Of a stretch of 64,000 nt of DNA, positions 30,170 through 44,966 are shown in pieces. The stretch comes from the human T2T-CHM13v2.0 reference genome, Homo sapiens: NCBI RefSeq assembly GCF_009914755.1, contig NC_060925.1; one strand, 5' to 3'. How positions within the stretch are numbered: the stretch's first letter is position 1; every line of letters begins with the position of its first letter. Both the position numbers and the translations under genes were made by a program. The notes under the pieces are model-generated. The model did no database searches. It saw only the letters and a list, made by a program, of their open reading frames with translations, and was not told the origin of the DNA.

Positions 30170-30520
30170 GGAAGAGGCTAAGCTGTTAGAATAAAGAGGT
30201 TTACAACATCAGCGGCTTAAATCAAATAGAAGTGTGTTTCTCTTTCACATGACAGAGTAGATGTGGCCTGGCATCTAGAAAGCATATTTGTCTCTGCTCC
30301 ACTGTGTCTTCCAGGGACCCATTCTTCTCTTGTCTTCATGCTCCATCACTTCCTAGGGTGTTGTCTACACCTGCATAGCCATAGCTAATTTTCCATTCTC
30401 AGCACCAACCAGGGGAAGAGGAGGAAAGGTAGCCTCCTTTTCATGATAGGTGTGAAGTTATGCAGGACACTCTCAGGGTGAATGGACCACAGTGTGGCTC
30501 CTGACTGGGCAGGGAGGAAG
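30170..30520 (-). mobile_element. Old MaLR LTR (MLT1J/K/L-like)
   Basis: cagcggcttaaatcaaatagaagtgtgtttctctttcacat...cagggacccattcttctc...gctccatc. Confidence 0.6.
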
Positions 30521-31329
30521 AATCTGCTGCTAGAGAAAGAAGGGAAGACAGTCATCTTTGACATCATGAGTTGCATAAGATGGGAATAAAAACTGGAAAA
30601 GACCTTAATCACCATATTAGAAAACTCTAGCCATTCTAAAGACATTGAAGAATCCTGTTTGGACCTTTTTAGCAGTGAGGAGCGTCCAGCTGTGGTTATC
30701 TGGAGAATGCAATAGGCAGAACTTGCTGGTAGAGGCCCCGCTTCCCTGTCTTGAATGCCTGGCTTTTTTTTTTCTTTTAAATTTTGCATCTGCTTCTGGA
30801 TCACATTGCTGTGAGCCACATTGGGTCAATTCACATGGAGGATTAGATCTGGGCACACCGTATCTTTTATGTCTTTTATTTCTTTGACTTTATTCTGCTG
30901 GAAAGTGTTGGCCCACAGCCAGAACCGGCAGAGGGCAAAGGAGGGATTACTTTCTTATCACAGGGAAATTAAATGCCTGAGACAGCAACATAGTGATTTT
31001 TTTAAAACAAATTTTTAGGAAAATTGAACTTACCCTGTTTACTTTCATAGAAGGCTTTTGGGCTGTGGGAAGGAACCTATTTTTGTACTTAATGAAATGG
31101 ATCTTGGCAGTAAAGGGTTTAAAACTAACTTTGGATTTATTTAAAAAGTAATATCCTTGCCACTAACTTGTCTTCTGTCTTTAAAGGAAAGAGAATTTTT
31201 ACAGTGCCTATAGAGCATGCCATTCCTCACCAGTCATTTGGCAGTCCTATTAGCAAACTCATTTGTCAAAGCCTCATTAGGTGATTGCAAAAGTACTCTC
31301 CCAGGACCCACTTTGGACTTCTTACCAAG

Positions 31330-31331
<2 letters not shown>

Positions 31332-31364
<33 letters not shown>
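31332..31364. repeat. (TG)n microsatellite
   Basis: About 16 TG units. Confidence 0.95.
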
Positions 31365-31367
<3 letters not shown>

Positions 31368-33311
31368 GTCTGTGTGTGCATGTATTTGAAATGGAAGTGT
31401 GGGAACATGACAGTGTAGACAAGCTTACAGCCCCCATTTTTCTTCGAGTGGCCCCCTCTGATAAAAGGTTATATACTGGAAGAGGACTTAAAACCTTTGA
31501 AAAATCAAATTCTCTTGGAATATAATACCAAAGTGATGTTGTTGTTTTTCTTGCATCTACATGTTCCATGAATATTTTCCAAACAATTCAATACATTACT
31601 CTTCAGCCCACGCCCATGCTGACATCAAAAACTTTTGGGAAGAAAAATTGTTATCGAATAGCAGTGTCGCACCAAGCAGATGGGGTCACTGTCCCCCAGG
31701 ATAAGGCATTTCTCATGTGCTTGAGAAGAAGACTGTGGATCTGAAAATATGATAGGGGCTGCGGCTTATTGAGGCCTCACTATTGAGAGGGGGCTTGGAG
31801 TTATGGGGAACAGTGGGCTCTAGTGCAGGACTGCTGGGGTCTTAAGCCCACTGGACCACTTCCTAGCTTGCCAGCCTTGGGCCAGTTTATAGCCTTTTGG
31901 GCCTCAGTCTTCTTATCTGTGAGAAAGTGTAATGTCACCTCCCATGTCACTGTGAGCAGTACATAAGTGGATCTGTATAAATAGCTTGGAGCATCATGTA
32001 GCATGTGGAAATGCTCAGTAAATGAACCAGGTCTCTCAAACTCTAGGGCCCATGTTTTTCCCCTTCACCACTAAGAAACCTCATGAGCAGCATGGGCTCA
32101 GGAGTAGCAGGAGGCTTCTGGCACAGAATGAGAAGATGGGAAAGCGTGCTGCTTGGCCACAATGGAAGGAGGAGAAAGGTCAAGGAGCTCGGTCAGTAAT
32201 CCCCACTCTGAGGCCAAGGAAAGAGGATGGAGGAAAGGGCAACCAGAACATCAAATACCACATAAGCAAGAAACCATAAGTTTCTTTCCAAACTAACAGT
32301 TAAGAAAACAGACCTAACCACTTCTACTCAGGGACTACATCTTATTTGTTTTTGTATCCATAGTGCCTGGCCTCTAGTTGAGCTTGACAAATATTGGAGT
32401 GTGTTGGCCTGTTTCTTGTTCACTCATTTGTTCAGTCATTCAACAAATATTTAAGTGCCTATCATGGAACAGCCACTGCTTTGAGAGCTTACAATCAATG
32501 CTGAAGAAAACAACACGGAAGGATTCCCCCTGCCTTGGCTTCACCTGGGAGGGGAGATGGGCAGTGAGCCCATGCTAGCTTCTAATGCACTCACCACTTC
32601 TTTTAATAAATACAATACTCTCCCCGCTTCCCCTAACGATTCTGTGAAGCAAACCAGTCTATAGTTCCTGGTATCTTCTTTTCTTGAAAAGTTGACATAG
32701 ATGACAGTTGTGTCCTGAAGTCTGATAGCTTCTATGAATTTCTCAAACATTGGTTACCAACTGGTTTGGGGATCACCTTGACAAACTGTGTAATTTAGAG
32801 GTGAGGGCCTCCTTTATTGGAGTCAGGAGACCTCTTGGATTTGTGTCTTCACTCTGTTATGAGTTGAGTGGCCTCAGGCATCTTCTGAGTTTCTCATTCC
32901 TTTACTGAAAATAATAATGCTTATCTTAAAGTAGCTTGTTCAGAACTTGCCTTGTCTCAAGAATCAGCCAGACATTTATAAACAAATCTGAATCCTGAAC
33001 GTCAACCCAGGCTTGTCTAAGAATTCTCCTCTTTATAATTTTTAGCTGCTCAGAGTAGAGAGCCTGTCACCAACCCTCACACTGTTATTACAGTTTCCTG
33101 TTTCTCCTTAACATTTATTCCACCACATTTTGCACATATGACTTTAGACCTTGAACTTTCAAGTCTTTCTAGACCAAAGGACAACAATGCTTTCCAGAGA
33201 GTCCAGCAGGAATCACACTGGGAAAGCTAAAAAAGCAACTCAGTCCTTTTCACCCAGTCTATTTCATCCAACCCCGCTGCCCCTCCTTGAATCCTGGAAG
33301 GATCATCTATT

Positions 33312-33475
33312 GCCTTTCAACTCAAAGTGTGGGACGTGTACTAGCAGCATGGGCATCACCAGGGAGCTTGTTGGACACGTGGAGTCTCAGACTCCACCTT
33401 AGACCCACTGACTCAATCTGAATCTTGACAAGGTTCCTGTATATCATGCATGTTACTCTTTGAGAAGCACCAGCC
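33312..33475. mobile_element. MER5A-type MITE
   Basis: ctcaaagtgtgg...ctagcagcatgggcatcaccagggagcttgtt...tttgagaagcac. Confidence 0.8.
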
Positions 33476-35007
33476 TGTTGAATACCTCTGGGCCAAAATA
33501 CTATTCAGATGTGTTGTTCTTTTTCAATTACGAAAATAATTAGTGACTTAAAACTCACTTCTGATTCAGGACTGCATGGCTGTTTAAGTCGATATGTCTG
33601 CGTTAATGCTGTTGTAATGACATCACAGAATTGAGGCATTTATGAACTGGAGAGTAAATTCTATATGTGTTTAAAAATTAGATAAATAAGAACTTACATG
33701 ACAGTTTAATAGGGGCTTTAAAAATTTAACACGGATAAGTCATCTGCTTTTTCAATGGATTTTCCTGAATAGTGGGATCACAAAAGAAATTTATGTGTTT
33801 TTCTAAGTTTCTTTTTCTTTTAATGTGGATTTACAAGTGATTAATTTAAAAATTTGCTCTCTGATTAGCAGGTAACATTTATAATCTGGACCTGTACCTA
33901 AGATAGCTTAGCAAATGAACACAAATGGCTTACTAGGTCTTTGCTTTTGAAAACGTATGGACATCTAAAAGTAGTAAAGGCAATTTAATAAATACAGACA
34001 ATCTGCTAAGCAGCCAAGGAAAAAAGGTGCCTGAATTATATATGTCTGCATGAGTGGACAAGACGTGCTTTTCAAGATTAATGATTTAAGTTGTTCTTTA
34101 CGTTCCCAGACTGATTAAACAAGGCTTAATTCTAAACAACACTTTCTCCTTTTCTTGCTTCTTCAAAATTCACTGTCCTTCTCTATCCCTTCAGGATTGA
34201 TTGCAGGGGTGATCCAGGATGGTGTCTGTCTAAAGCCTTAACTTCTCTCCCTTCATAAAGGGAAGATTATCCCTTTTTTAATTCCTTGTTTTCATTGATG
34301 TCAGATGAGAGGCATTCAGAAGGAGTGTTAGCATTCACTGCACTTTCCCTGAAAGTGGCTCAACTTTTGATTGAGATGTTCTTGAAGATTCTGTTAGTGG
34401 CATCTTGGCATGCTCCTGTCCTCTCTGACTTTGACGGCTCCTCCCCTCCTCCTTCTTTTCTCCCTCACACTCCTGTCCACACTTCCAGTCAAGTGCTTTC
34501 CAGAGCCTGTCATTCAGTTTCTTTTCTCTCTCCCAAATCCATCATCTTTTCCCAATTTGTAGGATTTTTTCTTTTTCCCTCTTGTTCAGCATTTCATAAA
34601 GTTAGTCCTGCCAGGTTTTAATAGGGGTTCCACCCCCCTCACCGCTAAAAAAAATTGATCAGGACAAAGTATAAAATATTAATTTAGACAGTTAAATATC
34701 ATTTTGTTTGTTGGTTTAGCCTCAGGACAAATTAGAACTTTTAATATGCTGCCAGGAGGGGTTGGGTGGTTTTCTCATTTCTGAATTTATTTCCCTGTAG
34801 AACCTTCTTTGAAAGTATCTAGGAAGACCAGTGTTTGATGAAATGTACTTTCCGACCTCCTCCTTGACATCTCTCCTACATGCTTCTCTCCATCTCATGC
34901 TATGTCTAATGACTCCGTGTACTGCTCCACGTGTCACATCCTCAAATACATCCTAAATTAAACACTACCAACATTAGCTAACTTCTACTGATCACTCCCC
35001 CCACTTC

Positions 35008-35304
35008 TTTTTTTTTTTTTTTTGAGACTAGTCTCACTCTGTCTCCCAGGCTGGAGTACAATGGTGCCATCTTGGCCCACTACGACCTCTGCCTCCTGGG
35101 TTCAAGTGATTCTCCTGCCTCAGCCTCCCAAGTAGCTGAGATTACAGGCACCTGCCACCATGCCCAGCTAATTTTTGTATTTTTAGTAGAGACAGGGTTT
35201 CCCCATGTTGGCCAGGCTGGTCTCGAACTCCTGACCTCAGGTGATCCAACTGCCTCAGCCTCCCAAAGTGCTGGGATTACAGGCGTGAGCTGCTGTTCCT
35301 GGCC
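35008..35304 (-). mobile_element. Alu (AluSx/Sz-like)
   Basis: Antisense Alu; TSD core tgatcactc on both sides. Confidence 0.93.
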
Positions 35305-36829
35305 TGATCACTCACTTTTACTGCTAAGGCTTTTAAAAGTATTTTGCCTCTTTGATTGTCTATGAAATCAAGCACAGATATCTTAACCTGAGATGCAAGA
35401 TCATGTGTGTTCTTGGACCAACCAACTTGCAATCAATCTTCCCCCTTCCCCAGCATTTAACATTCTTCTCCATGCTTGATTTTTCTTTATGACAGAGAAC
35501 TTTACCCCTCCCAATATTCTATACCGTTTACTTACATATTTTGTTTGTCGTCTATTTTACCTCAACTAGAACGTAAGCTCCATGAGACTGGGATATTTGT
35601 TTGTTCATGCTGTGTCCCAAGCACCTACAACAGTGTCCAGCAAATGGCAGGTGCTCAACACGTGTTTCCAATACAGGCGGAATGAATGAGGGAGCCTTCT
35701 CAGTTTCATCTCTGGCCTGTGCTTGGTCTTTATTCCCTACTCTTCTCTTGCCTTTTTTTCACTCTCTTTTAGCCCTCAATCTTCATCTGTCATCATCTCT
35801 CTTCACCCCTCAGAGCCTAACTCTCTAAGTAGCATTTCTTCCAAGGAGCCTTCTGTATTCGTGACCCTTCTCTCTTTGTATGGGTCCCTGTCTTTGGAAT
35901 GTTGTTGTTTATACCTGTTTTACCAGTCAGTTACATTCTGCCTTGTAGTAGAGTTCCTTTTAAGCTGAAAAAGGATAATGGGGTATTCATGTTTGCCTCT
36001 TACATCACTGTGGAATATGCTCAGTAAATTTATAATTAATAGAACAAACCCAACATTGTGCTTCCAGGAAAGTAACCCCCACGTGTGCCTCAGTCTGTAC
36101 CATGGGGACTGCTTGACGCATCTGTTTCCTCAGTTGAGCCCTTAAGATGAATGCTTGATATCCTCAAGAGGCTATTAACGAGAATTTTTATTTCCCCAAA
36201 GTTTCTTTTTCCCTAAAAGGCATTTCTTTGATATATAACAAAGCTCTGTTATAAAAATTTCAACTGCTCATCCCAGTAGGAGAGAATGTTCTACGAATTC
36301 AGATATAGGAAGGTTTCCGGGGCTATATTTTCTTTTCTTCTTGGGTTTTCATGTTCACATTTCATCTACATTTCCCCTCTTGGGCAAATAGGTTGCCCAA
36401 TTTAGGGCAAATTTGTTTGGTTTTCCTTCCGATATCTTTATTTATTTTTCTTTATTATTTGCTTCCTCTCCCTTCCCTCCAAGAGAGTTCAGATACTTAC
36501 CACAATGGATAAACTTATGCTGGGAAATTGCAATGCTTTTCTTTTTTTGCAAAGTACAGACCTCATGTACATATGAAGGCTGCTGACACTAGCTTTCCAT
36601 CTGGCCACAGGAAAGTGTGTCATCTCTTTCTTCCATTGCCTGTCTCCTGTCCCCAGGGGCCTCAGTGGAGGCCAGACAGTAACTTTTCTCTCTTTCAAAA
36701 ACCCACCCAAATCCCCAGACCCTTTCTAATACAGCTTTTCCACGTATTCATGTATCACCACCTGAAACTTGTTCCATTCTAAGTTAAGGATTAACTAAAT
36801 GAATGAAAATTGTATTTATTTGGGAGACA

Positions 36830-37045
36830 GAAGTAGCAAAGGCTTAGAATCAGGCAGACTTGTGTTTCATCCTCAGATTCTCCTATTTACTCATTGTATA
36901 ACCATAGTTCAGTCAATTCCCGTTGCCGAGCCTTAGTTTCTTTGTCTGTCAAATGGGGATAACAATGCTTGCCCCATCATATTCTTGCAAATAAGGTCAG
37001 ATAATTCATGTAAAGCTTGGAGCACAGTGTATGGCACCTGGTAAT
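36830..37045 (+). mobile_element. MIR
   Basis: ggcttagaatcaggcagac...gagccttagtttctttgtctgtcaaatggggataacaat...catgtaaagcttggagcacagtg. Confidence 0.75.
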
Positions 37046-37407
37046 CGGTCTCTCTATGATGAAGATTTGCTGATGCTGCTGCTTACTTTTCTGGCTTATG
37101 GGGCTTAGGTTCTGAATCTTTATAATCTTTTTGTGCCTGCTGCATATGGTCAAATCATGTTTGTTTGATAGACAGACATGTGGGGTTTTTCCTTAACAAG
37201 CCATTCAACCATGTATAGTGAAGAATTGCTCATGGTTGGTCTGTTTTCCATGTCTAGATATTAGAAGAGAAGGCTCAAACATGAGGTTACTCTCTGTAGT
37301 GCAGTGGGAAAGAGTATATTCCCAGGGAGCCTGGCATCCCCCATTAATCTGTAAGCAGACCTATAAGCAAAGGAAGGGCTTTAGGATAATCCCCACTTCC
37401 CCGCCCC

Positions 37408-37820
37408 ACCAGCTTTATTGAGGTATAACTGATGAATAAAAATTAGATGTATTTCTGGTGTACAACATGATATATATATATGCATTATGAAATGATTACC
37501 ACAATCAAAGCTATTAATGTATCTATCAGCTCACATAGCTGTCCCTCCAGGTTCATCCATGTTGGTGCAAATGACAGGATTTCCTTCTTCTTTAAGGTTA
37601 AGTAATATTCCATTGTTCCATTGTGTATTTTTATCACATTGTGTATTCATATTTCTGTATTCATTCATTGTTCCATGGATATCTAGGTTGTTTCCATATC
37701 TTTGCTTTTGTGAAGAATGATGTGATGACCACAGGGCTGCAGATACCTCTTTGAGATACTGATTTCATTCCTTTGGATATGTACCCAGAGGTGGGATTGC
37801 TGGGTCATAATGCCATTCTA
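37408..37820 (-). mobile_element. L1MA/L1MB 3' end fragment
   Basis: cagctttattgaggtataa...gtgtacaacatgat...caggttcatccatgttg...gcagatacctctttgagatactgatttc. Confidence 0.8.
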
Positions 37821-39379
37821 GGAGTTGTTTTGCACGTTGCTAGATGTTTCCTGAATGATATGAGAAGATTCTTAAATACAGGGAACCTCCCTAGAGCCAG
37901 AGCTCACCTGGTTGATTCCTCCTAGGAGGGACATGGTGGTGGAAAGAGCTCTGCTGGGAAGAATGGGGACTCAGCTCTTCTGCATGCTGCAGTGTGACTC
38001 AGGCAGACACTGCACATTTCTGGGCTGCGTTTCCTTCTCCTCAGGATGAGAAAGCAAACCTAGACTGTCTCTAATATCTTACAGCACTGCAGATCCTACC
38101 CCTGCCTTTTTTTTTCCAGCCTCCATCTGAGAGCCTCTTTCTGTTTCTGGTAAGGGTATCTTCACCCGTCACCACCCTGGTGGGCTGGCTTTTACGTTGA
38201 GTGCTTTGGTGTGAAAAGCAGGCTTCGTTCAAGTTGACTTCAACTTTCCTCTTTAACCTTTTATCATGTGTTCTTGTTCACTCTCTTCCTTCATGGTGTC
38301 AAGTAAAGCCAGTAGGGATGAATCAGGTTCACTGTTCTTTTGGAGATGTGAAATCCATGAATGGGGCTAGGTTTCATTATGTCTCCCTCTGGGTAGACCC
38401 AATTCCCTCCTAATTGCCTTTTTCCTGTTGATCATTCACATCTTCTGCCTTGGAATTTCTTTGAAGTTTTATCATGTTCTCCCTTCATCATGTCCTTCCC
38501 TTTGTGACTTCAGATTTTCTGTGGGTAGCTGTAATTTCCTGCAGAACAGTGTCTACTAGATTCCCTCTGAGCATGGCTGGTGCAGTGGTAGGATTCTGTG
38601 AAACGTTGTCAGATGTGTGAGTGTGCAGATTGATAAAACAGCGTACACTCCCTGCTTCGTTCCCACCTCTGTTTTATGTGGATGATGACAATTACAGCAC
38701 AGCACCTCATATCGGTGCAGAGATTTCTCCTGCTGTGATCTAATGGTGGTCTGTGTGCATGTGGACTGGGAACCAGAAGGTGGCTTTTTCTAGGAGATCT
38801 TGGCTGCAGGCAAGCCTATTTCTGCCAAGCTAGGGATTGTCCGGGTCTTGATAGAGCTAGCTGTTTTGTACCATTGTTAGTAGCCAGGCTGTAATTCTGA
38901 CATTTCAACTACTTGGACTCTGAAAAGGTGTGGTTGGGCCCCAGATCATCAGCCAAGTCTTCCACTCAGCCTGCTTCATGACCTGACATGCTTAGCATTT
39001 GGGCCCCTTTCCAAGAGTGAAGTAACACACTGATGGGGAGACAAGAAAGTGAAATAGTGGCCCCTTGGTTCTCACGGGGAAGAGGGGAGATGTGTTCAGG
39101 CCTCCCCTTCCTCCGCCTTCATTGGTGGTTCCTAGGTGAGAATCACTGGGAATCAGGAGGATCTATCAGAACTGGGAATCAGGAGGAACCTTCAGATGTT
39201 GTGGGCAAACAGGGGGGCAAGGGGTGACGTTAAAACTAGGCTTTGTCACTTTCAAAAGTCTGCATTACAGTCAGCCATGGAGAAAACGGCCTACTTTCTA
39301 CATCACAGGCGTGGCTTAAAGATATAAGGCCAGGCCATTTGAAAAGGTTTAGTCCCTCGTAGAAAGGCATACAAATCAC

Positions 39380-39690
39380 CCCTCCTAGTTTGGGTTCCCA
39401 CAGAGGCAGGATTCCAGTGTACATAGTTTATGTGGGAGATGATCCCAGGAAACTTGGGAAGGGGAGTGGGGAATGAGAAGGGGAGGAAGGAAGCCAATAA
39501 AGGATGTGCTATCAAGCTCGCCATCACTGTGGACAGCTGCAGCTCAGTTCCACTGGGAACATCTGGGAAAGAGTGTAGCACAGGTGCCTCTGAGTGATCA
39601 CACCTAAGAGGGGAGGTTCTGCTGGCCAGAGAACCTCTGGTAAGGAGGTGCAGGGGCTGGCAGTTGGTCAGGCCCATGGGCACTGTTACA
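39380..39690 (-). mobile_element. LTR33-like solo LTR (ERVL)
   Basis: gtttatgtgggagatgatcccaggaaac...ggaaggaagccaataaaggatgtgctatcaagc...ctgggaacatctgggaaagagtgtag. Confidence 0.7.
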
Positions 39691-42240
39691 ATGAAGGCTG
39701 AGGGAAAACGGGTGGGGCATCGATTGCTTTGCTGCAGGTCCTATCCCGGATTCACCTTCCCAGGGATGCTAGATGGGAGTCTAGACATTGTCTCTACAGA
39801 GGATGAATCTGGAATTCAGAAAGATGATGGAGGCCCACTGTGGAGAAGCCGGTTCTTGAGAGTTGGGTGAGAATCCAGGCTTCCTGACTCTTGCTGCAGT
39901 GCCCTTTCCACTTGGCTACTTAAGGCAGAAATTTAAATTTGTGATGACTTTTGAGGCATACTGTACCTGATTCATGGAACAATATTGTCCTTCCCACCAT
40001 GGGCTCTTTAGTCTTTCTTGGAGTGAAAAATTGTCAAAAGATTAAATCCTATTTGGGAGCCAGAGAAAAAGCAAAAGAATGGCTGAGCATGTAAATAAAG
40101 TCTCCTAGGAAGATCATATTTTTGAAGGTATTTATTATTCATATCTTTTTGTCATTGTCGTGTTGTAAGTGTTTACCTGGGCTTCTAGCTTTTTGCTTTT
40201 CCAAGGACACTGCTGATCCATCCTAGAAGAAGCTGACAGCCACCACCTTGACACTGGCTTATTGCTGTCCAGGTTATTTAAGATGCGGAGGAAATCTTAT
40301 CACAGAGAAGCAGCTTCTAAACATGTCCTGCCAGGTGGGTGATGAGGTAAAGACTGCCCAGGCGGCCTTGTGCACACCACATACTTGTGGAGCCACTTTG
40401 ATGAAAGGGTCTGGATTATTTGCAAAGTCTTGTGCTAGGTGAAGGTGGGCTCTTTCTTAAATTCTGAAATGCCCACGAGTCTTTGGTAATGTTCATAGTG
40501 AAGCATCTGAGCTGAGCCTGAGGCTTCCCAGGAGGCTGTGCCAAGGACAAAACACACTGAGGATGTTGACCATGGCCTCCTGACAGAATGAAAGGCCCCC
40601 ACAGTTTCAATTTAAACCGTAAACATTTAAATAGAAAATGAAGTGCTGGTGTATGACTCTGAACTTGTGAGACTAGCTGAAAACACCATTTTGACCGTTG
40701 GGCAGAGATTTCCCATCATGGGATCAGCCATAGACCATATCCACTGGGAACATGGAGAAAAGGTTTAGAGGTTCCACCAACATTTTCCTTAATTCTTAGA
40801 TGCCTTTTGGTGGTTGAATTCTGTCCTTATTTTCTTATTTCCTGAAGCCCAAAATATAAGCTCTATAATGTGGTCATTCATAAACCTTTAGGGATATTCC
40901 TATTGGAAAATGTTGTGCAAGTCTTATTTTAGAGTTCCCAGAAGGGAATTACCGGACCTTAAGATATGCACGTTTTGAAGATATTGGATACAACTGGTCT
41001 CCAGAAGTGGGAAGACCATTTTTGCTCCTTTTAATAGTGGTGTCTGGTGTCTCTTTCCTCAGATATTCAGTAATGGATATGTCATGCTTTTTCATTTTGC
41101 CCTTCTGATAGGTGGAAAATGACGTAACATCCTTAATTTAAGTTACATTTTTTGGATGCCATTGTGAATTTTTTTTCCCCTATAGCTATTGCCTATTTGC
41201 ATACCCTCTGAAGTTGCCCGTTCTTGAAGGACACTGATAATGTTCTCCTCCCCTGCCCTTTCCTTTTTGTTGCCAGAATAACCTAATCTAAACCAGAAAC
41301 TCCATCTTTTCTTCCCCAGGGCTCCTATAGACCCATAGGCGGCTAGAGTGTACCTGTGAGCCTCTGGGGAGATGTCTCACCGCCAGAGAGCTGTCCCCAA
41401 CTCAGGACCTCACCTGCCTGTGCGTGCGAAATTACACCTGAGATGGAGTGGCTGTGTCCAGCTAACAAAGCCGTTTGGGGAGGGGATTTCAAGCATGGGT
41501 ATTCCTTGTTCACTTTAATAAAACATGGCATGAATTCAGGCAAAGGGACTTACTCCTTACTCCCTCACCTCAGATTTTTCTGTGTTTTGCTGTTGGTATA
41601 ACTTGTCCTGTGTTGCTAAGTTTTAAACATATCTATATTTTGTTTAAAACACTAACCATGGCTTTGTTTGAGTGGCTTATTTTTATGTCCTAAGGAGTTG
41701 ACCTAGACAGGGAACAGTTAGTCATATTCTGTTTCAGGCCAATGCCTCTGAGCCCCTTCCCTTCTCGTTTTTCTCTGTCTGAAATGATGCTCTTGGCTGG
41801 CCCCATTTTGCTGTTTGTCCAAACGGGCGCCCCTCAGCAATGGGCAACTTTCTCCATTTTGGTGTCTTATCTAAGACCTTGCCCACTGGCTTAAAGAGTT
41901 GGCTTGGGTTCCGTCACAGTGATGAGTTGCCTGTCCCGCCGTCTGTAGTCGGGAGGGCTTTTTCCGTGATGAGAATGAGCTGCAAACTCAGGCAAACACT
42001 GATCAGGAGAGACATGAAACCCAACCTGGCCCAGTCGGCTTAAAAATAGTCCAGTCATTTCACCCCTGGAATTTTCTCTTGCTTATGTGGGTGGACAATT
42101 CTCTTGGAACACCACCAAGATCATGAGGAGGAGAAAACAGAGCAGGCACCAACCACATGAATCCAACCCAGGCTGACCCCGTAGCCGGTGGTGCATTGGC
42201 CCTCACAGGTTTGCACCCTGCATGCAGGGCCCTTTCTCCC

Positions 42241-42255
42241 CCACGAGAGGGCGCT
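42241..42255 (+). promoter_or_regulatory. CTCF-like motif
   Basis: CCACGAGAGGGCGCT vs core CCASYAGRKGGCRS (one deviation), in repeat-poor, relatively CpG-retaining DNA. Confidence 0.5.
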
Positions 42256-43380
42256 CTCGTCACTCTTAAAGCAATCGTACTGGGGAACACTCAGGTTGTT
42301 TCTTAGTGAAGTCCCCGAAGAGCACTGCATTTAAGCTGCTACTTTGTGTCTCAGCTTCTACTTTCAAGGTTTGTTATGAATGTAAAGACATTCTCCAACT
42401 CAAGCAAGTGTGGGCAATATTAGTGTCTGGAAACGCCTGTTGCAAATGAAGCACAGCCACTGCTTGTTTGTGTTTCGTTAGTGAAACGTGATTGTAACCC
42501 AGGGTTTTTGACGCTCACAGAAGCATCCGCCTTGGTAATGCTGTACATCCAGGCTGCTCTTCTTTGTCCCTAACCTGGTTGCAATGTGGCCGTAGCATGC
42601 TTGTGTTGACATCTGACAGGAGATGAGGACTTGACTTCCTGGGCTGATCTTGCTTATTTTGGGGAGAGCAGGAGTGCCCGTGGTTAGTGTGGATCAGCCT
42701 GACAGGAGATTTTCTATTGAGGGAGGATTTAAGACTGCATGCAGGCAAGGGAAATACAAGCCATATTTCACCAGCTCAATACACCAGGGAGCGCTACCAT
42801 TTAACGAAAACCACCATTCTGACTTCCGGGTTTTTAGGTCATCTGGCAGCCACTGGGTGGGGTCAGTTTCTTGGCCCTTGATTAGAAGTTCCTTCTGATT
42901 ACAAAACACCTCTTGATTGAAATCTTTGCATTTTCTTTGCATTTGCATTTCCACCAATCTTTTTATTTTTTATTTTTTTTGCCTTGGAGGATGTGTGTAT
43001 GTGAGGGTGACCTTCTCTTTATTTGTGGGAATCGGGGAGTGCCCTCCTCCCTACAAAGTCACTATAAAGCTACGGGCTTTGCTGCCCTTGGTACAGGGTC
43101 TAGAAGTGGTTGTTGGGTGGTGACCAGCACAGTGACAGTTTATTTCCTGGACCTTTGAACCTAAATTCCCACAGGAAGAACATAAAGGACTCAGCAAATC
43201 TTGCCCCCCGACCCCCGTCTCCTCCATGCGCCTACACTGGAGCCATGAGTACTACTGCTACCGTCACTACAGCCAAATTATTATAGAGAATTACTATGTG
43301 CCAGGCATGGGTAATTTTTGGTTGTTTTAATCAACTTTGTTTCAAACAGCTTTAGATTTGCAGAAAAACTATGAATATAG

Positions 43381-43718
<338 letters not shown>

Positions 43719-44565
43719 TCCTATTTTTAACATATAGTTTCTCCTGTTGTTGTTGTTTTAATCATATTAGCATAACACATTTGTTACAATTAGTGAAGGA
43801 ATATTGATACATTATTATTAACTGAAGCCAATACTTTATTCGGATTTCCTTTATTTTGACCTAGTGTCCTTTTTCTGCTCCGGGAGCCTACCCAGGATAC
43901 CGCCTTACCTTAGTTGTCATGTCTTCTTAAGATCCTGCTGGCGGTAGTGGTTTCTCAGACTTTAAACTTGTTTTTAATGACCTTGACAGTTTTGAGGAGT
44001 ACTGCTCAGGAGTTTAGTAGAAGGTGCCTCTTTTGGAATTTGTCTAAGGTTTTCTAATAATTAGACTGGGGTTATGGGTTTTTGAGAGGAAGAAGGCAGA
44101 GAGAAAATGCCATTCTTATCACATCATATTCAGGGTACATATTATTAACATGATTTAACGTTGTAGATGTTGAACGTCATCACCTCGCTGAGACGGTGTT
44201 TGTCAGGTTTCTTCTCGTAAAGTTACTGTCCCCTCTCCTTTTTTTATACTATCACAAGAAAGTGACCACGTGTAGTCCACACTTAAGGAGGGGGAGTTAT
44301 ATTCCACCCTCAGAGAGCACAGTACCTATAAACATTTTTGAAATTTCTCTGCACAGAAAATTTCTCTCTTCTTCCCCATTTATTTACGTATTCAATTGTT
44401 TATTTCTATCAATATGGACTCATAGAGATTTATTCCATACTTTGAGTTATAATCAAATAGTATACTACTAGATTTTGTTTGTTTTTTTTTTGCCTCTGGG
44501 AGCTGTTTCACGTGACTCCTGTGTCCCTTTGACACATCCCCATCATTGCGGGTTTTTGTTTTTGA

Positions 44566-44966
<401 letters not shown>

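Noticed and set aside
41282-41361. Good acceptor (ctaat...tcttttcttccccAG at 41318-41319)
   Set aside because: The only nearby donor (CCT|GTGAGC) is weak and no peptide is recognisable, so no exon can be supported
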